Shown in pieces: positions 20,450 through 30,341 of a stretch of DNA of 64,000 bases. The DNA is from an uncultured Alphaproteobacteria bacterium (GTDB lineage Bacteria; Pseudomonadota; Alphaproteobacteria; 43-37; CAWALT01). The notes beneath the pieces were generated by a model. That model had not been told where the DNA came from and did not search any database. It saw only the letters and a program-made list of their open reading frames with translations. The stretch is taken from assembly GCA_963782975.1 (NCBI GenBank), contig CAWALT010000002.1, positions 340,710-404,709 of the forward strand. The letters run 5' to 3'. Position numbers and translations under genes: made by a program. Each line of letters starts with the position of its first letter. The stretch's first letter is position 1.

Positions 20450-20623
20450 AAATTTCCGAAAAATCTGCTTCTTTGTCTTGCCAATATGTTAAAGAAAAGA
20501 GGACTGTGCGGCAAGTCATCAATTTCTTCTAAGGAATTGCCGTGAAGAAATGGCCGAGTTCTCTAGAGCGGTATGGGTTTTTCTTTCTTGCCTCATGCTC
20601 TTAAAGGTTGGAAAGAGGGGCTC

Positions 20624-21544
20624 TTATGTACGATTGTTCTTAAGGATACCTTCTTGGTAGGGTAAGCTACTTTGAGCACCTTGTTGAGTACAAGCCAACC
20701 CCGCACCAATATTAGCAAGGCCTAAGGCTTCATATAAGCCATGTCCTTGGTCAAGATAAGCGGCTAAGATGCCGACAAAAGCATCCCCAGCGGCGGTGGT
20801 ATCAATGACGTCAACTTCGGTAGAAGGCACCTCCCAAAAATTGTCGGTCGTTGAGCAAATAACCCCGTATTTTCCGCGGGTTATAATTATAGTGAGGCGA
20901 AATTGATGGACGATAGCTTCGCTGATAGCTTTTAAATCTTCTAAATTAGCGGAATGAGAATGAACTAACCCTAAATCTTTAGCCAAGGCCATGGCTTCTC
21001 CTTCATTTAGGATAAGAAGGTCCACATGCGCAATCGTATCCTTCGGTAATTTTTGGGCCGGCGCTAGGTTGAGGATAATACGCATGCCTTTTTGCCGAGC
21101 CCGTTGGATAAGCGCCCAATTTTCTTGAGCCGGTGTTTCCATCTGAAGAAGGAGAGTATTTTCTTTTGAGAGCAAATCTCCAGGGACATGATGACAACGC
21201 GCTTCACAATTAGCGCCGCTTGCCACAATAATCATATTCTCGCCGGAGCCATCTACACAGATGGATGCACACCCAGTCGCTAAAGAGGATCGTTGTAGAT
21301 AGTCCAAGTTGACCTTATCCTGCTTTAAATAAGAGACAGCAATATCGGCAAAGGCGTCTTCTCCGACGGTACCAATCATGTAGACATCAGCCCCCGCACG
21401 TCTTGCGGCGAGCGCTTGGTTTGCTCCTTTTCCTCCTGGGTATAAGGTATACGAAGGGCAAAGAACCGTTTCGCCAGGTTGGGGCATACACGTTGGGTTC
21501 ATAACGATATCGACATTGAGCGAGCCAAATACGACGACAGCCAT
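20624..21544 (-). CDS. rbsK: Ribokinase (PfkB family)
   Basis: GSLNVD, GGKGANQA, LQMETP, NLAPA and DTTAAGDAF motifs. Confidence 0.88.
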   Translation of the reverse strand: MAVVVFGSLNVDIVMNPTCMPQPGETVLCPSYTLYPGGKGANQALAARRAGADVYMIGTVGEDAFADIAVSYLKQDKVNLDYLQRSSLATGCASICVDGSGENMIIVASGANCEARCHHVPGDLLSKENTLLLQMETPAQENWALIQRARQKGMRIILNLAPAQKLPKDTIAHVDLLILNEGEAMALAKDLGLVHSHSANLEDLKAISEAIVHQFRLTIIITRGKYGVICSTTDNFWEVPSTEVDVIDTTAAGDAFVGILAAYLDQGHGLYEALGLANIGAGLACTQQGAQSSLPYQEGILKNNRT

Positions 21545-21804
21545 AATTTTTTATTCACCTTATTTTTCACATCTTCCTTACCTTTTAGGCGCTGGGAAGA
21601 GGAGGGTCAAGTGTTGATTGAACAGGAGATTTAACGGCCCCATATTTTTTCTCGCAAGATAACAACACTAAGCAAACCCTAATTGTGTTTAAAAGAAAAA
21701 ATCATGTTAAAAATTTTTTTGATGAATTTATTAAATTTTTATAATTTCCAAGGCAAAATTTTTCACATATGATCGAGTGATCGAGAGAGCCTAAAAATAG
21801 GCGA

Positions 21805-23133
21805 ATGGGTTTTAACTTTTTGTTTAATAATAGGCATCCTATGTATCGGGTATTATGGCTAGCTATCATTTTTCTTAGTTTATTGGGTGCCCACGCCCAA
21901 ACCCTGGCGCATAAAGATAATAAATATGCTGCTATTGTGGTCGATGCGGCCTCAGGGAGAATTCTCTATCAAGAAAAAGCCCATGAACTTCGTTTCCCAG
22001 CTTCCTTAACCAAAATGATGGTTTTATATCTTTTGTTCAAGAAGTTAGATCAGGGGAAAATTACTTTAGCTACGCGTTTTAAAGTGTCGAAACGAGCAGC
22101 ACAGCGTCCTCCAAGCAAGTTAGGTCTCAAAGCAGGCCAGACCATTAGTGTGAAGGAGGCTATTTTAGCCCTTATTGTGAAATCAGCGAATGATGTGGCC
22201 TCAACGGTTGCTGATGGACTGTCTGGCTCAGAATCTGCCTTTGCTCAACTTATGAATCAGGAAGCTAAAAAAATAGGAATGACACACACATCCTTCCGAA
22301 ATGCTTCTGGTCTTCCACATCCTAAGCAAAAAACAACAGCTCGAGATATGGCGCGCTTATGCCGTGCTTTGCTACAACATTTCCCTCGTTATTATCCTTA
22401 TTTTAAGACGACTCATTTTCATTTTAATAAAAGGCAATATCGCTCTCACAATCTACTTATCGGCCGCATCGCGGGAGTAGATGGAATAAAAACAGGTTAT
22501 ACGCGCCTATCTGGGTTTAATCTTGCGACCTCGGTTATGCGTGATAATAAGCGTTTGATCGTGGTGGTTATGGGTGGGAAGACAGGCAGAACACGCGATG
22601 ATCAAGTGACCAATCTTTTGGAACGCAGCTATAAAAAGCAACCTCATCTTATTTTGGCTTATCGTCCCATAACCACACAAGCTCAAACTTATTTTGCAAG
22701 AGTTCCTGTGCCGCAATATAAGCCAGTTATTCTTACGGGCAACCAGGTTTTTGCAGCAAAGCATATAACAAGTCCCATAAAGCCAGCTATAGTGCAGGCT
22801 GCGGCCTCCGCCTCGTCTTTTGTACCATCTTCTAACACATGTTTAATGAGAGGATGGAATATTCAGGTTGGAGCTTATTCAAGGGAAGATCGAGCTCTTG
22901 CGGTGGCTTCCAAGATAAAAGCTTCTCTTCCACATTTACTTAAACCGTACAATATTATTACATCGAGAGTTGATGAGCAGAGTAAGAGCCCTTATCGTGC
23001 TCAATTCTCTGGATTTACCCGGGATGAAGCTGAAAATGTTTGTCATCTATTAAGAGAGACGGGGTTTGATTGCCTACTTGTCAAGTCAGATAAACCAAGT
23101 ATGCACTGTTTACCCAAGCTCGCTATTAATTAA
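21805..23133 (+). CDS. D-alanyl-D-alanine carboxypeptidase (S11) with C-terminal SPOR domain
   Basis: PASLTK (SxxK), SAN and KTGYT motifs. C-terminal WNIQVGAY...YRAQF...A...C SPOR pattern. The true start may be 21841. Confidence 0.9.
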   Translation: MGFNFLFNNRHPMYRVLWLAIIFLSLLGAHAQTLAHKDNKYAAIVVDAASGRILYQEKAHELRFPASLTKMMVLYLLFKKLDQGKITLATRFKVSKRAAQRPPSKLGLKAGQTISVKEAILALIVKSANDVASTVADGLSGSESAFAQLMNQEAKKIGMTHTSFRNASGLPHPKQKTTARDMARLCRALLQHFPRYYPYFKTTHFHFNKRQYRSHNLLIGRIAGVDGIKTGYTRLSGFNLATSVMRDNKRLIVVVMGGKTGRTRDDQVTNLLERSYKKQPHLILAYRPITTQAQTYFARVPVPQYKPVILTGNQVFAAKHITSPIKPAIVQAAASASSFVPSSNTCLMRGWNIQVGAYSREDRALAVASKIKASLPHLLKPYNIITSRVDEQSKSPYRAQFSGFTRDEAENVCHLLRETGFDCLLVKSDKPSMHCLPKLAIN

Positions 23134-23474
23134 TACCAGCAAAAAAACACAAGAGCCTTAGCGACTATCCAAGATTACACTAGCATAAAGTCATATTGCG
23201 TCTTTGTTAGCCTTTAAGAGAGAGGAGGGGAGCAGTTTGATCCCCCTTCATAAAGCCTTTAAAAATTTTTTGACGAGGATTCTGCTAAAGGAGAAATAAT
23301 TTCCTAACCCGCCTTTCTTTAATGAATAAGCGTTTACCATGTGTTTTAATTTTCCGACAGGATGAGGAGGAAGATCGTCAGCGCACATTCCTCTAAATGC
23401 TTTATCCTCTTGAATAAATCCTTGGGCTCAAAGAATCGCACATGGCCCAGGCTAGGAGGTTGCACTTGTCGTGT

Positions 23475-23513
23475 AAAGAAGAAACCGCCAGGTGGAGGCG
23501 TTATCACCTGTCG
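23475..23513 (-). terminator. Putative intrinsic terminator after the mipZ-J-protein operon
   Basis: Minus strand CGACAGGTG-N10-CACCTGGCG followed by GTTTCTTCTTT, about 33 bp after the stop codon. Confidence 0.4.
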
Positions 23514-23546
23514 TTGCTTAGCAAGATCCTTCTTTCTTTTTTTGGC

Positions 23547-23984
23547 TTATCTTGTTTCGTGAAAAAATTGTAATAAAATTTCCCGCGCTTTAAGGATGTG
23601 GCGTGTTTGTTGCTCTGATCCGCCATGGTCGGGGTGACAACTTCGGATCTTATCGCGGAAAGCTCGTTTGATTTGTTCTTTTGTTGGCTGTCCTGAAAGC
23701 CCGAGGGCTCTCAAGGCCTCAGCTGTAGTCATCGTATTCTTAAACTTGACTGAAAAAGCAAAGGGGCGAAAATGCCAATAAATCTTTAGTAATAACGCAC
23801 CATAAACACAATAGGTTGGTACGAAACGCATTGGCCCACATACAAAGGATAAAAGAATTAAAAAAAGAAATAGAAGATGCGCAGCCAGAACACCTTTCGT
23901 CACTAAATTTCTCTGGTGACGACGATAAGCCCAAGTAGCTAGAAGTACTTGCGCAAGGAGAAGGACAAGATAGATTAACATCAT
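23547..23984 (-). CDS. Membrane-anchored short J-domain protein (Tim14/Pam18/TimB-like)
   Basis: About three hydrophobic N-terminal segments, then MTTAEALRALGL...HPDHGGS...AREIL, ending just after helix III. Starts 6 bp after the mipZ stop. Confidence 0.8.
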   Translation of the reverse strand: MMLIYLVLLLAQVLLATWAYRRHQRNLVTKGVLAAHLLFLFLILLSFVCGPMRFVPTYCVYGALLLKIYWHFRPFAFSVKFKNTMTTAEALRALGLSGQPTKEQIKRAFRDKIRSCHPDHGGSEQQTRHILKAREILLQFFHETR

Positions 23985-23990
23985 AATAAA

Positions 23991-24803
23991 TTATACAGCT
24001 GAGGCGTATTGTTTGGCAGAAGATGATAGGTTAACCATGGTGATTAATTGGCGGAGTTCTTCCCGGGCTGCTATATGTGATAAAGACATCTTCATATCCA
24101 CTTTATGCATGTCAAGGAGCGTTAAACCTGTTAAGAAGAGCTCTCTAAAAATAACACGCTCACTGAAACCAGCGGCTAATTTGAAGCCAATCCTCTTGGC
24201 GAGCAAGCTTAAGACACGCTCAACTTCCTCTTTATTTTTTGCATGGATGTTAGCCATTCTGTTTCTTACCACAATCCATTCCATGGGTTTTGACCCCCTC
24301 TGAGCCCTTATTTTCTTTTGGTCCCAAACCATTTCAGCATAGGTACTTGGGATAAGCTTTTCATCCTCAATACGAACCAAAAGATCCAAATCAACGAAGC
24401 TGTCATTTAAGGGAGTAATAAGCGTATCAGCGTAAGAATGCGCTAGGCGCGAGAGGTGGTTATCATTCCCTGGCGTGTCAATGACAATAAACTCGCAATT
24501 GGCAAGTTGATTCAGAGCCTCGGTAAATTTTGCCTTCTCTTCTTCCTCAGCTTCTGCCTTTGTGGGAGCCTCGCTACGGTGGACCGAGAAATGGGTACAT
24601 AAAGGTATATCAACTTGAGGATGTTTATCTTTGTAAGCGCGGCGATTGGTAATGTATCGAGTAAGGGATCCTTGTCGTGCATCTAAGTCAATGCTTCCTA
24701 CAGGATGTCCAAGCTTCAAAAGGCTTACGATAAGGTGGACTGAAAGAGTCGATTTGCCTGTACCGCCTTTTTCATTTCCTAAGACAATTATATGTGGTGT
24801 CAT
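23991..24803 (-). CDS. mipZ: Division plane positioning ATPase MipZ (ParA-like)
   Basis: HIIVLGNEKGGTGKST, IDLDARQGSLTRY, ADTLITPLNDSFVDLDLL and ERVIFRELF..GLTLLD motifs. Start moved to 24803, which has a GAGGGG SD. Confidence 0.92.
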   Translation of the reverse strand: MTPHIIVLGNEKGGTGKSTLSVHLIVSLLKLGHPVGSIDLDARQGSLTRYITNRRAYKDKHPQVDIPLCTHFSVHRSEAPTKAEAEEEEKAKFTEALNQLANCEFIVIDTPGNDNHLSRLAHSYADTLITPLNDSFVDLDLLVRIEDEKLIPSTYAEMVWDQKKIRAQRGSKPMEWIVVRNRMANIHAKNKEEVERVLSLLAKRIGFKLAAGFSERVIFRELFLTGLTLLDMHKVDMKMSLSHIAAREELRQLITMVNLSSSAKQYASAV

Positions 24804-25090
24804 TGCCCCTCTCAGCTTTTTTACATAAATTAAAGGTTTCTTTCTGCCAATCAAATATACGTTGTTTCTTTGAAGTTGTAAATTTTCTAATAGCCCTTAT
24901 CCTTAGCTTAGTGAAGAAATAAAACTTTTAGTTTCTTGAAGCGTCGTTGTCTGCTTACCTGCTTATTTCGTGGTAAAAACGTAAAATTCTTACGTAAGCA
25001 AGGGGGCACATTAAGCAAGAGTTACATAAAATAAGTGCACTCTTTTTTCTTCACCAAGCTACTTAAAAAATAAATAAATAGCGGGATGAA

Positions 25091-25525
25091 TTAACAAGCG
25101 ACCTTGACAGCAGTGGGAGGTATAAGTTTCCCGCCTATATATTGGGTAATAGTATTAATAAGACTATTAATAGATATAGGTTTAGGCAGATAGGCATTGC
25201 AACCTGAATCGAGAATTTTATCTTCATCTCCTCTCATGGCAAAAGCCGTAACAGCAATAATAGGGATGTTCTTAGATGCTTCGTGAGACTTGATTCTTCG
25301 AGCGACTTCGAACCCTGAAATGCCGGGCAATTGAATATCGAGTAAAATAAGGTTAGGGCTTTCTCTTTCAATAATGTCAAAAGCCTCTGAACCGGTCATT
25401 GCTCGGATCGTTTTAAAACCGTGTGCTTTCAATACATCATTGAATAGCTTCATATTAAGCTCATTATCTTCAATAATAAGGATTTTATGCGATAAAGCCA
25501 TACTGGAAAACCCCTGTTTGCTCAT
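25091..25525 (-). CDS. divK: Single-domain response regulator DivK
   Basis: EDNELNMKLFNDVL, LDIQLP (phospho-Asp), AVTAFAMRGDE and KPIS closely match DivK. The start may be 25498. Confidence 0.9.
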   Translation of the reverse strand: MSKQGFSSMALSHKILIIEDNELNMKLFNDVLKAHGFKTIRAMTGSEAFDIIERESPNLILLDIQLPGISGFEVARRIKSHEASKNIPIIAVTAFAMRGDEDKILDSGCNAYLPKPISINSLINTITQYIGGKLIPPTAVKVAC

Positions 25526-25740
25526 TATAATTTTTAATTTATAATAAACAATTTCAGTTAAATAGTGAATAGGAAAATTCTATTTTTTGCATAACATGGT
25601 TTAAAGCCATGATTCTTTTATGCTTGTTAAGGTATACGAAGAATGTGGAAAGACCTTCATCTGTCGCGAAGAAAGAGACACGCCTTGAAAATGCTTAGAA
25701 AAGAAGGAATACCTGAAAAACCCAGGGTTCGTGTTGTTTT

Positions 25741-27966
25741 CTAAGGGCGCGAGATTTTTCTCCTTCTCTTCATATTGCCTGGCCGATCCTTAAATGGCCC
25801 CTTTTTTTTGCAACTTGATTCCTGCGGTTTGTCAGAAAGCTTTGGCTCAATGAGTGCTAACGCCAAGCGTCCTGTAGCAATGCTAATCTCCTCAACCGCG
25901 ACGCGGACAGGCAAGCCTAGGCAGAAGCGAAACTTCGTTGAACGACCGATTAGTTGTTGTTTTCCTTGGTAATAGACAAAATAGTCCCCCCCTAAGCGCC
26001 GCATGGGAACAAGTCCATCAGCTTCATAGGGCAAGATCTTAACAAATAAGCCAGCTTCCGTAATGCTGGAAATATGCCCATCAAAAACCTGTCCTTTTTG
26101 AGACTGTAAGAAGAGAGCCATTAATCGATCATTGGTGGCGCGTTCAGCTGAGACTGAAAGACGTTCCTGGTCAGAAATATGTTGTCCTATGGCCTCCAGC
26201 TCTTTTTGAGGAATACGTGGATGAGAGGAGCCAAGTCTAGTAAGGCTCCGGTGCACAAGCAAATCGCTATAACGCCGAATAGGGGAGGTAAAGTGACAAT
26301 ACGTTGGCAAGTTTAAGCCGTAATGGCCCTTATTATGAGGGCTATACCTCGCTTGGCTTTGGCTACGTAGGACCAGGTCAGACACCACGTCCGCCGCCCC
26401 AATCTCGCGAGCTTTTTGGATAGCTTTAGTAAGAGATTTCTGAGAAACTTCTTTTCCTATAGTAAGCCCCATAGCCATCAATTGTTCCCGCAGAAGCGTT
26501 AATTTTAATTCATCAGGGGGTTCGTGAATGCGATACATGCACGGTGCACTCGCTTCCTTGAGTGATAAGGCAGCTGCGACGTTGGCAAGGATCATGAATT
26601 CTTCAATTAACTTGTGACTCGGATAGACCGGGCGTAATTGTACACCTTCAATTTGTCCTTGGTTATTGAAAATAAATTGAGGTTCATTTTTCTCAATTTC
26701 TAGGGCGCCGCGCTTTTCTCTCTTCTTTTTTAAAAGTTCATACACCGCGAACAGATTTTGAATTTGCGGAACAAAATCTTTCTCCTCCTTATGTTGGATA
26801 TCTCCTTCTATAATCCTTTGAGCTTGAGAGTACGTCAAACGCGCTTTAGAGCGCATGAGCCCTCGGACGAAATGGAAATCTTTCAGGTCTCCTTCTTGGG
26901 AAAGATACATATGCACCGCAAGACAAGCTCGATCTACACCTGGTTTAAGAGAACATAAGTTGTTCGATAAATTTTCCGGGAGCATGGGGATGACTTTCTC
27001 TGGGAAATAAGTAGAATTACTCCGAGCAAAAGCTTCCTGATCGAGAGCCGACTCCGGTTTTACATAATAGGAAACATCCGCAATGGCTACAATAATGTGC
27101 CATCCTTTTTTAGGCTCAAGCTCGGCCCATACGGCGTCATCAAAATCCTTGGCGTCTTCCCCGTCAATTGTTACTAACGGGTAAGACCTTAGGTCTTCTC
27201 GGTCCTCTAAGGTAGGCTCTTTCAGTGCTTCAGCTTCTTTTAATACAGGATCAGGAAAAGAAAAAGGTAACCCGTTTTGATACATCGCTATGGAACATAG
27301 AGAAGAAGGAGTCCTTATATTTCCTAAAGTATCCTTGATCCGAATACCACCTGAGCTGTTGTATCCCGCGACAACAATAGCGCCCTCCTCATGGTCCCCA
27401 AGATTTTTCTCGCCCAGGGGTATTTCCTTAAGCTTTGGATTTGCAGGCATGAGAGCCCATTGTTTGTAAGCTTTTTGTAAAATTGCGACAAAGTCTCCTT
27501 CTTCAAGGCCTCCCGTCGCCTTCCTAATAAACACGACCGATTTTTCCTCGGTATCTTGCTCAATACGTCCAAAAATACGCTGGCCCTCCCGTAACTGAGA
27601 TAACAGAAAAGTGGGGCCTTGAAGAGTAAAGTCACCAGAATTAGAGCGTGATCGTGCAAGTTGTCGGTTATCCTCGACCTTTGTTACGAAAATCTTCTCG
27701 TCTTCGATGCGGGTAACAATCATAAGTAAAGGAGAGGACGAGGAAGAAGGGAGGGCGTACTTGCGTCCCTGCCTAAGTATGAGTAGATGATGCTCGACTA
27801 ATTCTCGTAACTTTGCTTTAAGGGGCAAACGATCCTGCCCTTTTACATTAAAATGCTGGGCAATAACCTTGACGCCTAGGGGGGTATTTGTCACTTTAAA
27901 AAACTTAAGGAGTTCTTCCGTGCTTGGATAACTCGTTTTGACTTCATTTTTTCTTTTGCGCGCCAT
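25741..27966 (-). CDS. rnr: Ribonuclease R
   Basis: TIDGEDAKDFDDAV, IADVS, IEEFMILAN, HFTSPIRRYSDL and an S1 domain. Confidence 0.95.
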   Translation of the reverse strand: MARKRKNEVKTSYPSTEELLKFFKVTNTPLGVKVIAQHFNVKGQDRLPLKAKLRELVEHHLLILRQGRKYALPSSSSSPLLMIVTRIEDEKIFVTKVEDNRQLARSRSNSGDFTLQGPTFLLSQLREGQRIFGRIEQDTEEKSVVFIRKATGGLEEGDFVAILQKAYKQWALMPANPKLKEIPLGEKNLGDHEEGAIVVAGYNSSGGIRIKDTLGNIRTPSSLCSIAMYQNGLPFSFPDPVLKEAEALKEPTLEDREDLRSYPLVTIDGEDAKDFDDAVWAELEPKKGWHIIVAIADVSYYVKPESALDQEAFARSNSTYFPEKVIPMLPENLSNNLCSLKPGVDRACLAVHMYLSQEGDLKDFHFVRGLMRSKARLTYSQAQRIIEGDIQHKEEKDFVPQIQNLFAVYELLKKKREKRGALEIEKNEPQFIFNNQGQIEGVQLRPVYPSHKLIEEFMILANVAAALSLKEASAPCMYRIHEPPDELKLTLLREQLMAMGLTIGKEVSQKSLTKAIQKAREIGAADVVSDLVLRSQSQARYSPHNKGHYGLNLPTYCHFTSPIRRYSDLLVHRSLTRLGSSHPRIPQKELEAIGQHISDQERLSVSAERATNDRLMALFLQSQKGQVFDGHISSITEAGLFVKILPYEADGLVPMRRLGGDYFVYYQGKQQLIGRSTKFRFCLGLPVRVAVEEISIATGRLALALIEPKLSDKPQESSCKKKGPFKDRPGNMKRRRKISRP

Positions 27967-27986
27967 AGGTAGCTTTACTTTTCCTC

Positions 27987-30341
27987 TTACGTTTTCTTCT
28001 TTGTTTTCTTGTTTTTCGACAGCTGGCTTTTCTCAATAAGCTCGCAAGCCTGAGGTAGAGTTAGCGTGAGGAAATCATAGGTTTTTGGTATGGAAGTATA
28101 TTTTGTTCCATGTTTAATATAAGGCCCAAAGCGACCAATGCCAACAAGAATAGGTTCTTTTGTTGTTGGGTGTGACCCAAGCTCTTTCGGTAATGCCCCA
28201 AGCTTTTTTGCGTCCTCAAGAGTTATCGTTTCAGGATCAAAGCCTGCCGGCAAAGGTGTCCGGCGCGGCTTTTCTTTGGGTTTCTGTGGGTTATCCCACT
28301 GCAAATAAAGGCCATAAGGACCCTTACGCAGCGATACCTCTTGTTGAGTATCTGGGTCCTGCCCTAATATACGCGGGAAAAGAGATTTCTCCTCTTTAAC
28401 AAGGGCTTCTTGCGCTTCTCCTTGCTCTAATTTTCGAGTATATTGACAGTCAGGGTAGCCTGAGCAACCAATAAAAATACCAAACTTGCCGAACTTTAAA
28501 CTTAATTCACCTTTTTCACACTGCGGGCACTGGCGTGGGTTCGAACCATTTTCTTGGGCTGGAAAGAAGAGAGCCCCTAGTTCTTGATTAAGCGTATCAA
28601 TGATATCACTTATTTTATATTGCTCCGTCTTTTTGATAGAGCTATAAAACTCTTCCCAAAAATCCTTAAGGGTTTTTTTCCAATCGAGCTGTCCCTGAGA
28701 AATATGGTCTAAGCTCTCTTCCAGATCAGCCGTGAAGGAATATTGGATGTACTGCTCGAAATAATTTTTTAGAAAAGTGGTGACGATCCGTCCTCTTTCT
28801 TCGGGAATGATGCGCTTTTTCTCAAGCTTTACATAGCTTCTGTTCAAAAGGGTTGGCAGGATGTTTGCCCAGGTGGAAGGGCGCCCAATGCCTAACTCTT
28901 CAAGTTTCTTTACTAAACTTGCTTCTGTATAATGAGGTGGCGGTTGTGTAAAATGTTGATGAGGCAAGACATCTTTCAAGGTTAGAGGATCGTTTGGTTG
29001 TAAGGGAGGGAGTAATCCTTCCTCTTCGTCACTGCTGAGTTGCTCATCTTGGCTTTCTTCATATAAAGTCAAAAAGCCATCAAACTTTATGATGGACCCC
29101 CAAGCCCTTAGGAAGATTTTTTCGTCTTTATCCGTGATATCGACCGTCGTCTTGTCAATAAGGGCACTTTTCATTTGGCAGGCAAGAGCGCGTTTCCATA
29201 TGAGCTCATAGAGCTTAAATTGCTCGGGAGTTAAAAAAGATTTTATCGTTGAGGGCACAAGCGTAATATCGGTTGGTCGTATAGCTTCATGAGCTTCTTG
29301 CGCATTTTTAATTTTGCTTTTGTAAGCTCTTGCGTGTGCAGGAAGATAGGGCCGCCCATATTGCTTTTCGATATAAGCGCGCATGGCCCCGATGGCTTCT
29401 GTGCTAAGATGTGTGCTGTCAGTGCGCATGTATGTAATAAGACCTTGACGCTCTCCATTTATATCCACTCCCTCGTAAAGAGACTGAGCAATCTGCATAA
29501 CACGGCTGGCGCGTAAGCCAAATTTGCGTGATGCTTCTTGCTGGAGGGTGGAGGTTGTAAAAGGAGGTGTTGGATGGCGCTGCATCTCCTTTGTTTCAAT
29601 GGATTTTACCCTATAAGGTTGCCTTTGCAGGATTTGTTTTTCCGCTTGTTTTGCAGAGCCTTCATCTTTTAAAGAAAATTTTTCCAGTTTTTCTCCTTCA
29701 AGGATACTGAGCTTTGCCATAACTTTCTTCTTATCTTTATTATGGAAATGGCAAAGAATCGTCCAATATTCTTGAGTTTTAAAGCTGTCGATTTCATCTT
29801 CTCGATCTGTAATGAGCCGAAGAGCTACCGATTGAACACGTCCTGCCGAGCGACTCCCAGGTAATTTACGCCATAATAAGGGAGAGAGGGTAAACCCAAA
29901 TAAATAATCTAAGGCCCGACGAGCAAGATAAGCGTTGACTAAATTGTAATTAAGATCCCTTGGGTCTTGGAAAGCTTTTTCGATAGCCTTCTTGGTAATT
30001 TCATGAAAGACAACCCGCTGCACCTTGACATGATGTAAGAGCCCATCTTTCTTCAGGGTCTCGATAATATGCCAGGAAATTGCTTCTCCCTCACGATCGG
30101 GGTCAGTAGCCAGGTAAAGGGTATCCGCTTTTTTCACATTTTTTTCTATATCATCAAGGCGTTTTTGAGCATCTTTGCTAATTTCCCATGTCAACGCAAA
30201 ATCGTCGTTAGGATTTACCGATCCATTTTTAGAGGGCAAATCGCGTACATGACCATAGCTTGCAAGGAGCGAATAATCTTTCGCTAGAAATTTTGCGATT
30301 GTTCGGATTTTCGTTGGTGACTCAACAATGACGACTTTCAT
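27987..30341 (-). CDS. topA: DNA topoisomerase I
   Basis: IVESP, DPDREGE, SAGRVQS and catalytic LITYMRTDS, one Zn ribbon and C-terminal repeats. Confidence 0.97.
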   Translation of the reverse strand: MKVVIVESPTKIRTIAKFLAKDYSLLASYGHVRDLPSKNGSVNPNDDFALTWEISKDAQKRLDDIEKNVKKADTLYLATDPDREGEAISWHIIETLKKDGLLHHVKVQRVVFHEITKKAIEKAFQDPRDLNYNLVNAYLARRALDYLFGFTLSPLLWRKLPGSRSAGRVQSVALRLITDREDEIDSFKTQEYWTILCHFHNKDKKKVMAKLSILEGEKLEKFSLKDEGSAKQAEKQILQRQPYRVKSIETKEMQRHPTPPFTTSTLQQEASRKFGLRASRVMQIAQSLYEGVDINGERQGLITYMRTDSTHLSTEAIGAMRAYIEKQYGRPYLPAHARAYKSKIKNAQEAHEAIRPTDITLVPSTIKSFLTPEQFKLYELIWKRALACQMKSALIDKTTVDITDKDEKIFLRAWGSIIKFDGFLTLYEESQDEQLSSDEEEGLLPPLQPNDPLTLKDVLPHQHFTQPPPHYTEASLVKKLEELGIGRPSTWANILPTLLNRSYVKLEKKRIIPEERGRIVTTFLKNYFEQYIQYSFTADLEESLDHISQGQLDWKKTLKDFWEEFYSSIKKTEQYKISDIIDTLNQELGALFFPAQENGSNPRQCPQCEKGELSLKFGKFGIFIGCSGYPDCQYTRKLEQGEAQEALVKEEKSLFPRILGQDPDTQQEVSLRKGPYGLYLQWDNPQKPKEKPRRTPLPAGFDPETITLEDAKKLGALPKELGSHPTTKEPILVGIGRFGPYIKHGTKYTSIPKTYDFLTLTLPQACELIEKSQLSKNKKTKKKT

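Noticed and set aside
20450-20623. TPP riboswitch upstream of thiE
   Set aside because: The conserved CTGAGA and downstream core motifs are absent.
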